Under the pieces are notes generated by a model. It saw only the letters and a list, made by a program, of their open reading frames with translations. It searched no databases and was not told the origin of the DNA. A program made the position numbers and the translations under genes. From Macrostomum lignano (Eukaryota), in NCBI GenBank assembly GCA_002269645.1, contig NIVC01001317.1:124001-188000 (forward strand): a DNA stretch of 64,000 bases, read 5' to 3'. Numbering within the stretch: the stretch's first letter is position 1; each line of letters starts with the position of its first letter. Positions 24,851 to 37,740 of this stretch are shown here, one piece after another.

Positions 24851-26878
24851 CTACTTCTGACTGTCCTTGGCGATCTGCTTCCAGATTCGCTGGTGCCTGT
24901 CCACAGCCATCTTGGCGATGTCTACTTTCCGGTCCCAGATGCGCTCCTTCTTCTGCAGCTCGTACAGATCGGCCATGCAGTTGACGTATTCCAGCACCTC
25001 CGGCACCTTGTAGTCCGAGAGCTGCTCGCGGAGTCGTCTGTTGATCACCTCGGCTTTGAGTCGCTCCTGTGGGTTTTCAGTATTTTTTGGTTTGCTTACG
25101 CCTAGACTGGGATGCGGTGTTTCCACTCTCTTAGATCCTCAACTCCTCAGACTTTGCCGCTAACCCCTCCCAGATCCAGAGGTTAAGCTACCAGTCTGCC
25201 AAAGCTAGTTTTGGTGAAAGCGCGCCATTTCCAACTGCTTCTCACCTCCTCGGCGATGGTCGCCTCAGCGTCCACCCTTCTAAGCAGGTCGTTGCGCTGC
25301 TGAATGTCCGCTTTGATGCGGTCCAGTTCTTTGTTAAGAAAGGCCAGCTTCTTCTTGTGCTGATTCAGCACTTGAAGCGTACGACCAGCCATGAGCTTCA
25401 GTTTGAGCAGCTCTTGATTCTTCTCGTCTATTTTGTCCATGTACTGTGAGTTCTCGATCTTCAGCTGATCGAAGTCCACCTTGGACAGGACGTCGCCCAT
25501 TTCCTCTTTCTGGCGGAGTTGTGATTTGAGTTTCCTCAGGGACACCTTCAAGGCCTGGTTCTTCAGCACCAGCTTGTTGATCAGCGCGTGCCGCTTGCCG
25601 ATCAGGTCGCGATGATGGCGCTCGAATTTCTCGCATTCAACCTTGCCAGTTCGCTTGCTGACTCCGCCAACGATGACGTCGCGATGGAATTCGTGCTCGA
25701 ACTTTTTAATCTCGATAGCCCGCACCTGCGTCTCCTCGATCATGGCCAACTTCTTGTCGATGATCTGCGTTGTGGGCAAGACGGAATGACTGCTTGTACT
25801 GCAGTATACTTCAAATATACCGAGTGAACGTATGAAATGAACGTATGGACTAATCGATCAAGCGAAACGAGTTACAAAACTAAACTCAAATACACAAAGT
25901 CACTATTATGACTATCACAATGTCAGCGTGATCTATAATACTGAAAACAAAAGGAGTATTTGAAATTAATCTATAGTACGAGCGTATTAGACACGGCAAC
26001 TGAGTATCCGACTAAAAATCTTTAATGACGTTTTGGCCCTTTGGTCCCTAGTCAGGTTGCCAAAACCAATTGTCGATCAGATGCCGTTGACATCAATATA
26101 CACCAAACAACCCAGCTTAGTGGATAAACCGGTATTAACTGTATCTGGCAGTTACGTACTATATAAACTATAGACTATGCATCTAGCAGATAAGCTAGTA
26201 CGTATCTTACAAGTAAAGATACAACAAATTTGCTACACTATGGCTCACCTTCTCGCAATCGCCTTCCATTCGCTTGAGCTCCTCTCGGAGTTCCTCAATC
26301 TCGCGCTGCGCAATGTCGCATTTCTGCTCAGCGGTCAGTCGCAGAGTCCGCTCCGAGGCGGAGCCCTTGCTTCGGCTGCGTTTGCGCACGCCGCGGGTTG
26401 GCGCCGCCTCCTGCTGCGAGGCCTGAGACGCCGTGGAGGATCCGAGCAAGCCTGCACCTCCGCCAAGCGCGTTCGGCTCCACTCGTCGAAGAAATTTCTC
26501 AAACATCTCGTTCTCCATCGTAAGCTTCTCGTTCTCTGTGCTGAGCACGTTTGAATTATTAAAAAAATATTTGCTTTCATGGTTTTGACAAATTGACGAT
26601 CATTCTGTTTCTAGTATAAATGATATTGACAAGCTTATATTTATGAACATGACCCGAAACAATTTTACAATACAGCTAGATATTTAAATTGAAAAAATAT
26701 AATAAAACATAACTTTTCAATCAAAAGAATATAAGAAAACAATTCATGTACATGTAAGACGTACATGTACTTACAGAATATTTTGCAGAAGCTCATACAG
26801 CTTTTCGTTACTTAAATTCTGGATAGGATCGTCCACAGTCTCGCTCTCGAACTCGCTAGTTGACTCGGAGTCTGCCAT
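24851..26878 (-). CDS. CCDC113: Coiled-coil domain-containing protein 113 (ciliary); complement(join(24851..25066,25246..25764,26249..26540,26775..26878)), 376 aa
   Basis: Acidic N-terminus MADSESTSEFESE, then ENEMFEKFL, LTAEQKCDIAQREIEEL, KEEMGDVLSKVDFDQLKIENSQY and LSDYKVPEVLEYV. Three GT-AG introns with consistent phases. Confidence 0.88.
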
Positions 26879-28599
26879 TAAAAAATTTCGAAAAAGAATT
26901 TGTGAAAATCAGAATGTTTCTCACATCTATAGATTTGCAGGCCTTGCCTTTGGTAATAATGTTCGATATTTCTCGATTTTACACATCTTAAAATAAGTTG
27001 CCTTGGTGACAACGAGAAAAACGAAAGTCTTTTTTACCGTCACAATATATTCACACGAAAACAATATTTAGGTAGCATAATAGGTCAAAAAAACATTTCT
27101 GATTATCCAAATTTTAGCACAAAAATATTTATTTAGTAAAGTACGAAAATTTAACTTCCTCGTCACAATAATTTTTGCCAATTATTATGCGACCTGTTTG
27201 TTTGTGTTCTACTAAGAGGTTATCTTTAACCGAATTACCAAATTCAATAGAGTATTCCCATTTGTTCTTGTTTTTGTCAGTTGATAAACCAACACAGTTC
27301 AGTAGTTGTAATGTAATCATCATATACTAATTAAGTTATAACTTATAGACTATAGTTGTAGTTCATATTCATACATTAGTTTTATACTTTAAATTTGATA
27401 CTTTTTCTGGCTGATTAAAAATTACAGGCTCTAGATTGAATTTCTAGATTTGTTTCAGATTACTAGATTTACTAGATTACAGATTACTAGATTTGTTTCT
27501 AGATTTGTCTAGAATGAATTTCTGGATTTGTTTTTTGTCCTCTGATATAATAGCAATTTAGTGATCAAGTTATCTTATTTACTTGTTAGCCTTTTATAGT
27601 GTTTTCATATCTCTTATTTTATAATGTTTTTATAATAAAGCAAAGGTTTTTTATAGTTAAAAACTTGTTTCTTTACACTGTCTTACTTTTATTTCATTAA
27701 TAAAGTTGTTCATTTGTTTTTATCTATTTTATGAGTTTTCCATATTCAAAATCAAGCTATACTATTTAATATATTGATTAAGGGCCTATCTATACCAAAT
27801 GGCTATTTTTGTATACCAATAAATGTCCTATATACTAAACTTATGCCAAAAGTTCTATATACCAAGTTGAAAGTTTATGCCGAAATTCTAAGTGAAAAAG
27901 GCAAAAAATTCTAGCATTTTTTGGCTTAAAGAATGTTTTATAATTATGATATAAAAGTTCTAATTATAAATTATTAAAGATTAAAATTGTCAGCCTAGCT
28001 AATAATTAAATTTGAAAATTATAGGCCTTAATATTAATTTTCACCCTATATTTTGAACTTTTGTTTAAAGAATTAAAAGTGTTTTATTGATTTTTATTTT
28101 TTATATAAAATATACTAGAATTCAATATTTTTTATTCATATCTAAAAAATATAGAGTTCAAATTAAGAATTTATACTGTTTAACTAGTTTAAGATATAAA
28201 CAATTGTTGACTAATAAAAACTAGTGAACAACTCATTTTATTTGAGCAGGTTGTCCAACTAATATAATAGTTATAGGTGCAAATATTGTTAACTACTTGT
28301 ATTGTTTTGGTAGTATACCTAAATAATTGAGTTAAGTCTATATTACTAGGCCCTAAGTCTACTTAAGTTATAAGTCTACTTTATAACATATTTGCCCTAT
28401 ATTGAGTCTATAAGGCTCTTTTCCTATCTTTTTAAAATACAAAATTACTAATAAGTTGTATTTATCATTGATTCCATTCTTTATATTTGTTTTTATTAAG
28501 GATTTCTCTTTTAGTCTAGAGAATACTAGGATCATAGCTTATAAGTGCCAAAAACACAACTGATATTGAAGTCAAAATGCTTGCAACAAATCTCAATTA

Positions 28600-28890
28600 A
28601 TTTCTTTTGAAATTTAATGCTGGTAGCACCAAAGTATAGAAAGCTTTATGCAAAGCTGTCCTTACATTGGTAAGACAGAACAACACTTGTTTACTAGATA
28701 ATGGAACACTGTACCAAGGCCAGCACAATTCAAGACCATCTACTCATATGCAACCAGTATGTTAATGTGAACCTTGCTCACAATTTTAAAGTGTTATCAA
28801 TTGCATTGAGCACTATAGTAAACTTTCTGTATTGGAAGCATTGCACATTAAAGATTGCAAACCCTCTCTTAATGCTCAATTAGCAGGGAG
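28600..28890 (+). pseudogene. Penelope-like element GIY-YIG endonuclease remnant
   Basis: Frame-hopping translation gives SCPYIGKTEQHLFTR, STIQDHLLIC..NFKVLS and KLSVLEALHIKDCKPSLNAQ, typical of PLE GIY-YIG C-termini. Confidence 0.7.
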
Positions 28891-29759
28891 AGGCAGCAGT
28901 GTGCACCTTAGAATTTTTTAGTTCTATCAACTGTGCAATTTTACTATTGTATAATTCTAGCTTTTTGGTACACTATGCTCTAATTGATAATATATATATT
29001 GCATCTCTCTTACCTTGTTAGTCTCACAAATATTTTATTCTACCTGACAATGCTCTATGTTCAGAGAAACATGGTACAAATAAAGTTCTTGTTTTATTTG
29101 CCATTGGTATCCACAAATACTCAAAAAAGGAAATGTTTTTTGTTGGCTTTGTCTTTGTAATCTTATTAAAGAAAAGAAGCCTGCCTCAATTATACTAATA
29201 AGTTTTATTCTGCTTGTAGCTGGTTTTTACTTCCATTTATTATTATTCATTCTATTGTAAATATTTAATCCATGATTATATTGTATATGAACTATTATTT
29301 TATTGTATTATTTAGAGTATCAATGTTGGTTATGTTATTAACATTTAAAAATACAAATATTCAACATATGAGTAAAATTACAAAAGTATCTATTTTTAGT
29401 TGGATTGATACTTTTTGTTGTCTTAAAAGTGCTATTGTTCATCATGACAATATATAATAGTCTAGTTTTTATCAATAGCATATTTTTGACCCAATAAAAG
29501 ACTTGAATTTCCATGAATCCTAATTGAAATGAAATGAAATTGATTGAAATAATATCCCAGCTTTGAAAAATGGTTTGTACTCAGGGTGCCAAAAATACAG
29601 GTTGATGTGTCATAGCAAAAATATGATTAGCTTTCATTTGTACCAATTGCTGCAGCTCTGCATGCCTAGCAACTGACGCAGGCTAAGCTAAACGGAAGCA
29701 ATCTGAGGCAGACAGAGCCAGTGCCCAACTCCAAGAGACTCCCCCCCCCACAAGCCCAG

Positions 29760-32700
29760 ATGCCCCTGCCCAGCAAGGCTCGCGTCTACGCAGACGCCAA
29801 TGCCGTTAGAGAGCGCGACTACTGGGACTACGAAGCCCTGGTAGTGGAGTGGGGCAACCAGGACGACTATCAGATTGTGCGCAAACTCGGCCGCGGCAAA
29901 TACTCGGAAGTATTCGAGGGTATTAACATATCCAACAACGAGAAGGTGGTTATCAAAGTGCTGAAGCCGGTTAAGAAGCGCAAGATTAAACGGGAAATTA
30001 AAATATTGGAGAATTTGAAAGGCGGAACAAATATCATCAGCTTGCACGGCATCGTGAAGGACCCGGTGTCCCGCACTCCAGCCCTGATATTTGAGCACGT
30101 TAACAACACGGATTTCAAGCAGCTTTACCAGACTCTGGTTGACTACGATATTCGGTACTATCTGTTCGAACTGTTGAAAGCATTAGATTATTGCCACAGC
30201 ATGGGCATCATGCATCGGGATGTGAAGCCGCACAATGTTATGATCGATCACGAGCACAGAAAGGTACCTGACAGGGGCGCGACATAAATTAGCTTAGCTG
30301 CAATTTTACTTTACAGCATGAAGCCAAGTTCAAAATCTTACCGTCAGGTTCAATGTCACTATCAATCTCAAAATCTCAGCATCAATCTCAAAATCTCATC
30401 ATCAATTTCAAAATTTCAGCATCAATCTCAAAATCTCAATAGCAATATCAAAATCTCACCATCACTCAAAATCGCACCATCAATCTTAAAATTTCAACAT
30501 CAATCTCAAAATCTCAGCTTCAGCCTCAAAATCTCATAATCAATCTCAAAATCTCACCATCAATTTAAAAACTTCAACATCAATCTCAAAATCTCAGCTT
30601 CAACCACTAAATCTCATAATCAATCTCAAAATCCCATAATCAATCTCAAAATCTCACCATCAATTTAAAAACTTCAACATCAATCTCAAAATCTCAGCTT
30701 CAACCTCAAAATCTCATAATCAATCTCAAAATCCCATAATCAATCTCAAAATCTCACCATCAATTTAAAAACTTCAACATCAATCTCAAAATCTCAGCTT
30801 CAACCTCAAAATCTCATAATCAATCTCAAAATCCCATAATCAATCTCAAAATCTCACCATCAATCTCAAAATCTCAATAGCAATATCAAAATCTCACCAT
30901 CACTCAAAATCGCACCATCAATCTTAAAATTTCAACATCAATCTCAAAATCTCATAATCAATCTCAAAATCTCACCATCAATTTAAAAACTTCAACACCA
31001 ATCTCAAAATCTCAGCTTCAACCTCAAAATCTCATAATCAATCTCAAAACCTCACCATCAATTAAAAAAATTTCAGCATCAATCTCAAAATCTCAATAGC
31101 AATATCAAAATCTCACCATCACTCAAAATCAATCTTAAAATTTCAACATCAATCTCAACATCTCAGCTTCAGCCTCAAAATCTCATAATCAATCTCAAAA
31201 TCTCATAATCAATCTCAAAATCTCACCATCAATTTAAAAATTTCAGCATCAGTCTTAAAATTTCATCATCAATTTCCAAATTTCAGCATCAATCACAAAA
31301 TCTCACCATCAATCTCACAATGATACCATGAAGCTCAAAATCTCAAAATAAAAACATCGAAATCTCAATGCTTATCTCAAAACCTCAGTAGCAATCTCAA
31401 AGTCCCAATAGCAATCTCAAAGTCTGAATATCCAAAATGTGTGAAAACTCAAAAATCGCAGCTCCGCCTGATCGACTGGGGCTTGGCCGAGTTCTACCAC
31501 GCAGGCCAAGAGTACAACGTACGGGTGGCGTCCCGCTACTTTAAAGGTCCCGAACTGCTGCTTGATTATCAGGTAGGCCCAGACTAAGGTGCAGTTTGTA
31601 TTGCGTTTGTGCCAGGATATCCTAATTTTATTATCTTGCAAAGCTCGCCATCTTAAAGAAGGTCAACTGTCACGTGTATAAAATCGGAAGATCTTTCCAT
31701 AAAAACGCTTTCGCCCTTTATACAATCGCTTCCAAGCCTTCATAAAAACCGTTTCCATGTTCCAACCCTTCAAAGAACCGTTTCCATGTTCCAACCCTTC
31801 AAAGAACCGTTTCCATGTTCCAACCCTTCATAAGAACCGTTTCCATGTTCCAACCCTTCAAAGAACCGTTTCCATGTTCCAACCCTTCATAAAAACCGTT
31901 TCCATGTTCCAACCCTTCATAAGAACCGTTTCCATGTTCCAACCCTTCATAAAAACCGTTTCCATGTTCCAACCCTTCAAAGAACCGTTTCCATGTTCCA
32001 ACCCTTCAAAGAACCGTTTCCATGTTCCAACCCTTCATAAGAACCGTTTCCATGTTCCAACCCTTCAAAGAACCGTTTCCATGTTCCAACCCTTCATAAA
32101 AACCGTTTCCATGTTCCAACCCTTCATAAGAACCGTTTCCATGTTCCAACCCTTCATAAAAACCGTTTCCATGTTCCAACCCTTCATAAAAACCGTTTCC
32201 ATGTTCCAACCCTTCATAAAAACCGTTTCCATGTTCCAACCCTTCATAAAAACCGCTTTCATGTTCCAAACCCGATTCTACTCACTCCCTCCCATAGATT
32301 TTCTTCCACCCTTCATAGAACCGCTTCCATGTTTTAACCATTGTCATATTGTCGGTTCTCACTCAATTGTAAAGTTCCGCCTCCTCGCGCCGCCCCTCCA
32401 GATGTACGACTACTCACTGGACATGTGGAGCCTCGGCTGCATGTTCGCCTCAATGATCTTCAAGAAAGAGCCGTTCTTCCACGGTCAGGACAACTACGAT
32501 CAGCTTGTCCGCATCGCCAAAGTGCTGGGCACTGACGATCTGTACGCCTACATTAACAAGTACCAGATTGTGCTGGACCCGAGATTCAACGACATCCTGG
32601 CTAAGCACAGTCGCAAGCGTTGGGAAAGATTTGTGCACAGCGGCAATCAATATCTGGTCAGTCCGGAGGCGCTGGACTTCCTTGACCGGCTGCTGCGCTA

Positions 32701-33280
32701 CGATCACAATGACCGACTAACAGCCAAGGAGGCCATGGACCACCCTTACTTTGGTGGGTTGCTGAGTACTGCTCTGACTGCTTCCAACCCTGCAAATCAG
32801 AACCGCTTCCAACCCTGCAAATCAGAACCGCTTCCAACCCTGCAAATCAGAACCGCTTCCAACCCTGCAAATCAGAACTGCTTCCAACCCTGCAAATCAG
32901 AACCGCTTCCAACCCTGCAAATCAGAACCGCTTCCAACCCTGCAAATCAGAACCGCTTCCAACCCTGCAAATCAGAACCGCTTCCAACCCTGCAAATCAG
33001 AACCGCTTCCAACCCTGCAAATCAGAACCGCTTCCAACCCTGCAAATCAGAACCGCTTCCAACCCTGCAAATCAGAACCGCTTCCAACCCTGCAAATCAG
33101 AACCGCTTCCAACCCTGCAAATCAGAACCGCTTCCAACCCTGCAAATCAGAACCGCTTCCAACCCTGCAAATCAAAACCGCTTCCAACCCTGCATTTCAG
33201 TTCCGGTGGTGTCAGCACAAGGCGGCCTGCCGCAGTCTAATCCGAGCGTTGCCGGCGCCTCAGGTAGAAACAAGAGCTAA
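29760..33280 (+). CDS. CSNK2A1: Casein kinase II catalytic subunit alpha; join(29760..30263,31462..31572,32402..32753,33201..33280), 348 aa
   Basis: [60 protein letters not shown] and DMWSLGCM. All introns are GT-AG. Confidence 0.97.
30355..31430. repeat. ~20-21-bp G-poor minisatellite (atcaatctcaaaatctcacc) in CK2 intron 1
   Basis: Diverged tandem units with higher-order blocks. Confidence 0.9.
31735..32275. repeat. 29/30-bp minisatellite (aaccgtttccatgttccaacccttca[t]aag) in CK2 intron 2
   Basis: About 18 tandem units in two length variants. Confidence 0.95.
32778..33200. repeat. 25-bp minisatellite (aaccgcttccaaccctgcaaatcag) in CK2 intron 3
   Basis: About 17 near-identical units. The last unit carries the real acceptor. 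Confidence 0.95.
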
Positions 33281-33894
33281 TAAATAATTTTACAAATAAT
33301 TCTCATTGAGATTCTCAAGCCGCAAGTTTTCACCTCGCATCGAATTTTGTAGGTGTCACTTCCGGTTAAGCTGCACGAGCCGGATAGCGACACATTACTG
33401 TGCAAATATAGCGGAACCGGCACATTATCATCACAGCCTGACTTGTCTGTTCTTATCTTAATTTCTGTCTATTTTGTACCACCGAAAGCAAAACTTTTTT
33501 TGACTAATTCCCCAGCTAGTAGCGAAATTTGAAATTGTGTTATTATTTTTAAGTGTTTTATTAAATGTACTAGTTGATCTGAATTGTCTGTTTTATTGTT
33601 TGTTTAACTAATTAATTGAAAACAATTATTGAATGCAATTATTACTTGTTTACTAGCTGTTCTCGTCTGTCAACAATGTCACTTCTCTCGCGCACCAATC
33701 CATAGCCTCATGTTTTGTATTCAACTGTCTAGATGTGAATTAATTTCTATTATTAGGAAAACATTGTTGCATGCGCTTGGTTGAGCACATTGTCTTCCCG
33801 TTGAAAACGTTACCGGGACAAGAATCGCTAAAAGAGTCATTGCAAACAACGCACTAGGGTGACCGCAGATACTAGATTAACTGGATCGGCCACT

Positions 33895-34245
33895 TAGCAC
33901 ATTTGCGTGCCAGCTACTTTCAGTTCAGTAGTAAGTTAAACTAAAGAATGTTAATGTATTTTTTGGCTCTTACCCCCCTTCTCCCCGAAGCTTCAACCCT
34001 CAAATTCTACACGGAACCTCTACTCCTGTCCCGTCACCCAATTTTTATTACCTTCCTTGCTTGTTGTTGCAGCCTAGATCTGCCTTGTACATTTCAGTGG
34101 CTAATGTACATTATGGCTGAACCAATTTACAAGCTTGGGCTTCTAAGCTTATCAAAGTCATTTTAGCTGTCTTTATTTTTATAAAATAGCTTATATATCC
34201 TTCTTTGCTACTGAACTGAAAGTAGAAACCTGTTTTGCTAAGTAT
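33895..34245. mobile_element. Small MITE-like element
   Basis: ctactttcagttcagtag (~33914-33931) is the exact inverse of ctactgaactgaaagtag (~34208-34225), with weaker matches outward. Confidence 0.4.
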
Positions 34246-36189
34246 ATGTTAAGAGATACGACTCTACGGCCGCAGACGACTTGTACCGTGACATCTCGTC
34301 GTTTTAGCGTCGTCTAGAATCACTTCTTTTCAATTTTATCTGTGCTAGAGGTGACGTTAAGTGACTCTGCGACACTTCCTTGTCTAGGCAACATTTTCAT
34401 CGGGCCTACTGTAAGTAGCTTATAGCTGGGCGCGATTTCATCAAAATAGTTCGCTTCGCTTCTATTGTGCCCATACGAAGCATATTAAACTTATAAATGT
34501 TTGTTGTACGCCTATGTAACTCAGGCTTGCGTTTCTTTATTAAATAATAAATTGTATAAATATGCTCATGAAAGTTCGGGGTCTGATGCGAATTTATGTT
34601 AAGATTCACTTTATTTTTTACTATTCAATTTTTCTAAATTGATCATATTTCCATCTATCGTTGTCTGTAGCGCGCGCGCGAGCGCGCCACATTCCACGCT
34701 CGCGCGTCATTGTCCCCCCTGTTGTCATTTTATCGTGCGACGGTTTGCATCGAAGTACAAACAGCGCATATTTAAAGTACATTTCGTACTGCATATTATT
34801 GCCGCCTGACTGAATTGGATTCAAGAAAAAAAGAATTATTCTCTGTGCGGCCCCTGCTCTAAAGTGATGAGTTTTAATTAATATAATTTCTGTTAGCTGA
34901 TTGCACACAATATGCACCAATTTATCGATTATTTGGGGGGTATTGTCGGCAAAACTGTTTTTTTTCTCTTTGTTAGATTCGTTGCTAAATGCTTGCTGTT
35001 GTTGCTTGCTGCTTGTTTCGGATGCAGTCTGCCAATTGTAGGCATGCTGCGTCTCATTGTCCCGAACGCGGAGTTTTAGTTTTCAAGAAAAAAACACGAT
35101 TGCTCCTTTTTGCGTACAAGTTTTACTATTGTATTACACTTGTGGATAAAGTAACAAAAGCGAGCGTCAATATAATCAGCAAATAAACAATTCACTTGGT
35201 TATTAAAACTGATTATTTTAACTTATTTGCGTACATTTATTGTAGTTGAATAGGCACGTCTCCAGAGAAATTATCAGCAAAGTAAACAGGATTTGAATGT
35301 TTTCTTTATTATATTCCTAGATCAGAATATCAGCTGGATAGAGTATCTTGCAACTTGCTGCGAGTTTGCTGCTTCAGTGCTTCCTCCCTAGAAAGTTTAG
35401 ACAAGCATTCAGTCATCGACCCACGAAATCATTATTTTCCTCATTTATTGTGTGCTTAATTAAGTCAGTGTCTGTTGGTAATCTGGTAGTAGTGGAAAAC
35501 CGGAGTAGATAGTCACTAACTAAATGAGCCACTTGGGTAGTAAAGCAGATTTCTACTGTACTTCCAGATCAGTAGCAGAGAATACACTGTACAAGCTATA
35601 TAAAAATAAAGCAGTTAAAATGAGTGATAGGCTGGCTAAGTTAGAAGCCAAGCTTGTACAGACCCGCATTAGCAACAACTTGCTAATTGGTTCTGTCATA
35701 ATGTACATTAGCCAGCGTCACTAAAATGTACATATAGCAGCTTTAGGCTGGAACAGAGAAGAAAGCAAATAAAAATTGGCGACGGGCGAGTGGTAGAGAT
35801 TCTGTGTTGAAAGGCCTAGTTTGAGGGTTTACTCAAGGCTTAAGCTAAGGGTGTAAGAGCCAACAAATGAGCCTTATCTTTAAAAATACATTAACATTCT
35901 TTTAACTAAAAATAGCTTACATGCAAATGTGCTGAGTTGGCCCATCAGCGAGCCATTGTGACTTGTATAGTACTATAGTTATTACTACACAGTAACTGTG
36001 ATTCGTGTTGGGAGTTAGGGCTATTTATATCAATCTGGATTGTCGAGAGTTGTTTTGTATCTAAAGAACATGTTCTGTCTACTACAGTACATATGTACGA
36101 GCGTAACATGCATCTTATACATGTTATGGCCTGGGTATATTGATTGGTATCGAGGCTCAGCTTAAGCTCAGGGACCCTAATAGAAAGTC

Positions 36190-36745
36190 ATCCAATATAC
36201 TAAAAATGAAAATCTTGCTTGCTTGTAATCGATTAGAGAAAAAATGGCTTAACCGATTTTTATGAGACTTGCACTGTTCGATCAGAAATTTTCCCGTGAC
36301 GGTACATGCATCGTGGCTAAGAAATTTCTCGATGCTAAAGGCATTAAATATTCGAAAAACATGCTTTTTTGCAAAGGTCAAGCAAACTTTTCGACTTGAA
36401 ATGCATTGTAAGAATGCTAGAGAAAAAACTGACTGGTTGAATTCTGATTCTGAAATAGATTGCATCATAACTGAATTGTAACTCCGACTTGAATTGAAAA
36501 TGCAGTGTGGAAGCGTAGCACCAGACTTGATTTAAATTGCGTAACCATATTGTTAACTGATACTGACTGACTGAGAAACTGATTATGTCATAACTGCTTC
36601 GTGTGATTTACTCTATGCTTGGATTTTAAAGTGTTGAATTATATAAGTGCAAAATTTGATGTTATCAAAACGATGAGAGCTAGCCTAGAGGTGAACAAAC
36701 TGAACTGCTAAATGCAGCGACGGTGGTTCGAATTTTCATAGAGTA
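36190..36745 (+). mobile_element. Non-autonomous Helitron/HINE-like element, copy 1
   Basis: Begins ccaatatactaaaaatg and contains aatggcttaaccgattttt..aaacttgca. Direct repeat of 39347-39895. Confidence 0.5.
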
Positions 36746-36799
36746 TAATTTTTTTAATTAAAGCTTTTCAACGTCAGGAAAACTAAAAGACTTTTTAAA

Positions 36800-37740
36800 A
36801 AGAAGCGTCATGTAAAAATCATAGAAGCGTCATGTCAAAAATCATAAAAGCGTCATGTAAAAATCATAGAAGCGTCTTTTAAAAAAATCATAGAAGCGTC
36901 ATGTAAACAATCATAGAAGCGTCATGTAAACAATCATAGAAGCGTCATGTAAAAAATCATAGAAGCGTCATGCAAACAATCATAGAAGCGTCATGTAAAA
37001 ATCAAAGAAGCGTCATGTAAACAATCATTGAAGCGTCATGTAAACAATCATAGAAGCGTCATGTAAAAATCATAAAAGCGTCATGAAAAAATCATAGAAG
37101 CGTCATATAAACAATCATAGAAGCGTCATGTAAACAATCATAGAAGCGTCATGTAAAAAATCATCGAAGCGTCATGTAAACAATTACTGAAGCGTCATGT
37201 AAACAATCATAAAAGCGTCATGTAAAAAATCATAGAACCGTCATGTAAAAAATCATAGAAGCGTCATTTAAAAAAATCATAGAAGCGTCATATAAACAAT
37301 CATTGAAGCGTCATTTAAAAAAATCATAGAAGCGTCATATAAACAATCATAGAAGCGTCATGTAAACAATCATAGAAGCGTCATGTAAAAAATCATAGAA
37401 GCGTCATGTAAACAATCATAGAAGCGTCATGTAAACAATCATAGAAGAGTCATGTAAACAATCATAGAAGCGTCATGTAAACAATCATAGAAGCATCATG
37501 TAAAATCATAGAAGCGTCATGTAAACAAGCATAGAAGCGTCATGTAAACAAGCATAGAAGCGTCATGTAAAAAATCATAAAAGCGTCATGTAAAAAATCA
37601 TAAAAGCGTCATTTAAAAAATCATAGTTGCGTCATGTAAAAATCATAGAAGCGTCATGCAAACAATAATAGAAGCGTCATGGTAAAATCATAGAAGCGTC
37701 ATGCAAACAATCATAGAAGCCTCATATAAAAACTAATGAA
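36800..37740. repeat. 22-23-bp minisatellite (aatcatagaagcgtcatgtaaa[a/c])
   Basis: About 40 tandem units. Confidence 0.95.

Noticed and set aside
31757-32401. N-terminal repeat part of the 507-aa ORF as CK2 coding sequence
   Set aside because: It lies in intron 2; the kinase sequence is continuous when 31572 is joined to 32402.
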